Part shown: positions 61,741 to 64,000 of the stretch, in pieces
How positions within the stretch are numbered: position 1 is the first letter of the stretch
Layout: each line of letters begins with the position of its first letter
Sequence record: ON470617.2
DNA from: Escherichia phage vB_EcoM-813R1
Reading direction: 5' to 3' (one strand)
DNA length: 64,000 bases
Translations under genes and position numbers: made by a program
Notes under the pieces: generated by a model
The model's database searches: none
What the model was told of the DNA's origin: nothing
Seen by the model: only the letters and a program-made list of their open reading frames with translations

Positions 61741-62529
61741 ATGCTGGAAAAAGACTACCAGTTATCCGCATATAAAAAATTGGCCGCCGCCGGTGGGATG
61801 AAAACACCTGGTGCCATAACATCGGCACGAAACAGTGCTAACACAGCAAAACTGCTTGCAGAAGAATTGACCGGATTAATTCTGGATACAATTGTCTATC
61901 CCGACACTATTACCAGCTATGTTTCAACGATCAGAACAACCGCAACCGGTTTAACGAATATTGGAGGGCTGGCAACTCAGCACGCGGACCTGTTGGCTGG
62001 TTATGCTGATCTGTCAATGCTCCTTCAACTCGATATTGGTTGGGATGTTTACTGTCGTGCTAATGAGCGAGAAGTTTCAGAACTGCCGATCTCTATTGCC
62101 ATTGGTGACGCGACTACAACGAAATCGCTTGAGGACGCTGTAAATGCGCTTAATACGTCGAGTTTAGTCGCTGCTATGGAGGACATTAACCAGACCCTTA
62201 ACACAGGCTCAGGAAGCTCGTCAGGCTCTGATTCAGGTGGCGGCGCAGTCACTCCCCCACCAGCACTGACAGAACAACAAGTTGAAGCACTGAAGGAAGC
62301 TACTGAACAATTTGGTGCTTTTTTCGACCAGACAACAGTACCGGTAGCAGCATTGCAACAGCAGTATGAACGAGCGAAGGAAAGCGCCAGCGTAGCCATA
62401 ACTGCTTATAACCATGCTATCGGTACCGCGCTTGCGGAAGCATCAGCAAATAAGGCCAGCACAGCCAGCGCAGTTGCCGCTTTGGTTCCTGATTCTGTTC
62501 TTGATGAATTAAACAAAGCGGCACAGTAA
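61741..62529 (+). CDS. Hypothetical protein (~262 aa) with Ser/Gly-rich linker
   Basis: ATG 61741 with RBS AGGAGA; internal GSGSSSGSDSGGG linker. Confidence 0.5.
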   Translation: MLEKDYQLSAYKKLAAAGGMKTPGAITSARNSANTAKLLAEELTGLILDTIVYPDTITSYVSTIRTTATGLTNIGGLATQHADLLAGYADLSMLLQLDIGWDVYCRANEREVSELPISIAIGDATTTKSLEDAVNALNTSSLVAAMEDINQTLNTGSGSSSGSDSGGGAVTPPPALTEQQVEALKEATEQFGAFFDQTTVPVAALQQQYERAKESASVAITAYNHAIGTALAEASANKASTASAVAALVPDSVLDELNKAAQ

Positions 62530-62568
62530 CAAAGGACTTCATTGATAATTTTTCTTCAGGAGGAAGAC

Positions 62569-62991
62569 ATGTCATTCTTTTCTACGTTAAAAACAGCTTT
62601 GTCTTTGAAGGAGAAACTTGCTGCTACTGGTGTTCTTGTTCTGATTTGCGCACTTGTTGGTGCTGGGTTTGCATGGGAACGTCATCAGCTAAAGCAAGCC
62701 ATAGAGAAAATTGGCAGTCTTGATCAGGCTGTTAAGGAACGTGATAAGTCAATAATGGATCTTAACCAGACCATTGAGACGATGAACAAAGCAGAGCAAC
62801 ATTTTCACAGCCAGGAAGTGAAAAATGAATCAGAACAAGCCAAGTATGCTGACAGGCAAATGGAACGAAAAGCTGAAGTTCAGAAACAACTGGTTGCGGC
62901 GGGTAATGTTCGCCAGCGCATTCCTGCTGACACTCAGCGGTTGCTCCGGGAGTCGATCAGCGAATTTAACGCCGACGCCGACAAAGGTTAA
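62569..62991 (+). CDS. i-spanin (Rz-like) candidate
   Basis: ATG 62569 with RBS AGGAGG; N-terminal TM (TGVLVLICALVGAGFAW) then periplasmic coiled coil; an out-of-frame lipoprotein gene is embedded in its 3' part. Confidence 0.5.
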   Translation: MSFFSTLKTALSLKEKLAATGVLVLICALVGAGFAWERHQLKQAIEKIGSLDQAVKERDKSIMDLNQTIETMNKAEQHFHSQEVKNESEQAKYADRQMERKAEVQKQLVAAGNVRQRIPADTQRLLRESISEFNADADKG

Positions 62992-63157
62992 CCACCCTGC
63001 CCCCAAAAGTGCATTTATGTGCAGAATGCCAGAGTTTAGCAGTGAATATTTTGATGATCTGCCAGCGTATATCCTCGATACAGAAACGATGCTGAAGGGG
63101 ATTAACAGGAAGAATCGCAACGTTAATGATTACAACCGTGCTATCAGCGGTAACTAA
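62825..63157 (+). CDS. o-spanin (Rz1-like) lipoprotein candidate, overlapping the i-spanin gene in another frame
   Basis: Lipobox ...AFLLTLSGC followed by Pro-rich TPTPTKVNHPAP and a later Cys; start codon uncertain (62825, 62846 or 62906). Confidence 0.45.
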   Translation: MNQNKPSMLTGKWNEKLKFRNNWLRRVMFASAFLLTLSGCSGSRSANLTPTPTKVNHPAPKSAFMCRMPEFSSEYFDDLPAYILDTETMLKGINRKNRNVNDYNRAISGN

Positions 63158-63168
63158 AAGGAAAAACT

Positions 63169-63528
63169 ATGTCCGATATGGAAATTGAAAAAGAGATTCT
63201 GGCCAAAGGCAAAACAGCACCACGCCTGACTCCTGATCACATCGAGAGTGTGATTGCCGAAGAGCATTATTTCACAGCTTTTGACGGCATTCGCGCTGCG
63301 CACGAAGGCGTTCGTGAGGTGCTGTCTGTTCATCCCTCTACGCGTAGCCTGACCATCTGTGTCTTGGTGCTGTGCAATGGATTCATTGTTACCGGGGAAA
63401 GCGCCTGTGCCAGCCCTGAAAATTTCGACGCGGAGATTGGCCGTAAGGTGGCCCGTAAGAACGCCATTGAGAAAATCTGGCCGCTGGAAGGTTATCTGCT
63501 GAAGCAAAAGCTCAGCGAGCAGATTTAA
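63169..63528 (+). CDS. Hypothetical protein (119 aa)
   Basis: ORF with RBS; no motif recognised. Confidence 0.45.
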   Translation: MSDMEIEKEILAKGKTAPRLTPDHIESVIAEEHYFTAFDGIRAAHEGVREVLSVHPSTRSLTICVLVLCNGFIVTGESACASPENFDAEIGRKVARKNAIEKIWPLEGYLLKQKLSEQI

Positions 63529-63598
63529 TCAACTGTAGAAATCGTAATATCAACACTCATGACTTTACTTTGGCAGGAAGCCACTAAGGACAAACAAC

Positions 63599-64000
63599 AT
63601 GTTTGCGGTTAAACAAGAAATAAACAACGCTACTTCTTTGTTCGAAATTGAGAGTATTACCGTTGGATATCCTGGGTCAGATCAATTTAAACAGGCGTTC
63701 GAGATTGCTGAAGAACTGGGTATCAAAACGCCTGATGCGATTGAATATATCCCTGTTGCGTACGAAGATGAGGAGATGACAAAGGCAATCGGGGAAGAGC
63801 AAACTTTGAGTACAGAGCGTAAGGATGTACAGCGGGATGACTGTATCGCCGTGATTTGCTCTGGGGTTGCTTCTGAAATGTTCCCCGACCTCCCTGCCAT
63901 AGGAGGTGTTGGTTATCAATTCCTCTACAAAGGTGATACGTTACGCATCTATACAAGTAGTTTGTTGATCGAAGAAGTAGGTACGGAAAACGACAACTAA
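63599..64000 (+). CDS. Hypothetical protein (133 aa); stop coincides with window end
   Basis: ORF ending TAA at 63998-64000. Confidence 0.45.
   Translation: MFAVKQEINNATSLFEIESITVGYPGSDQFKQAFEIAEELGIKTPDAIEYIPVAYEDEEMTKAIGEEQTLSTERKDVQRDDCIAVICSGVASEMFPDLPAIGGVGYQFLYKGDTLRIYTSSLLIEEVGTENDN

Overview
Almost the entire window (989-64000) is a P1-like phage-plasmid (plasmid prophage of an enterobacterium), with gene content and order matching phage P1 as I recall it; no database search was possible. Left to right: the end of the darA-operon region (one very large ParB-like/HExxH protein), a degenerate terminase-ATPase paralog operon, ssb, lyz (SAR endolysin), pro/prt, darB, an EcoP1I-type type III R-M system (mod, res), mat/ref/cra positions, cre with loxP, immC (coi, c1), pacB/pacA with the internal pac site, lpa, phd-doc, humD with a LexA box, hot, a long minus-strand block of small accessory genes, a baseplate hub/spike pair, ban, three tRNAs (Ile-CAU, Thr-UGU, Asn-GUU), plp/upl, dmt, hrdC and a spanin-like pair. 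About 15 C1-operator-like sites (ATTGCTCTAATAAATTT family) are scattered through it. The left edge (1-988) carries an IS200/IS605-family tnpB that runs off the window. Many conserved genes are broken by one-base deletions in A-runs or by changes at CCTGG (Dcm) motifs, including c1, cre, mod, res and darB; this looks like long-read basecalling error rather than gene decay, so I annotate them as interrupted CDS rather than pseudogenes. I did not find a clearly novel system. The best unexplained candidates are the inactive terminase paralog with its partner gene (4426-6397), a family of ~90-bp palindromic elements next to the tRNAs (56228-57013), and a cluster of glycosyltransferase-fold paralogs with a phosphatase and a nuclease (43898-47356).
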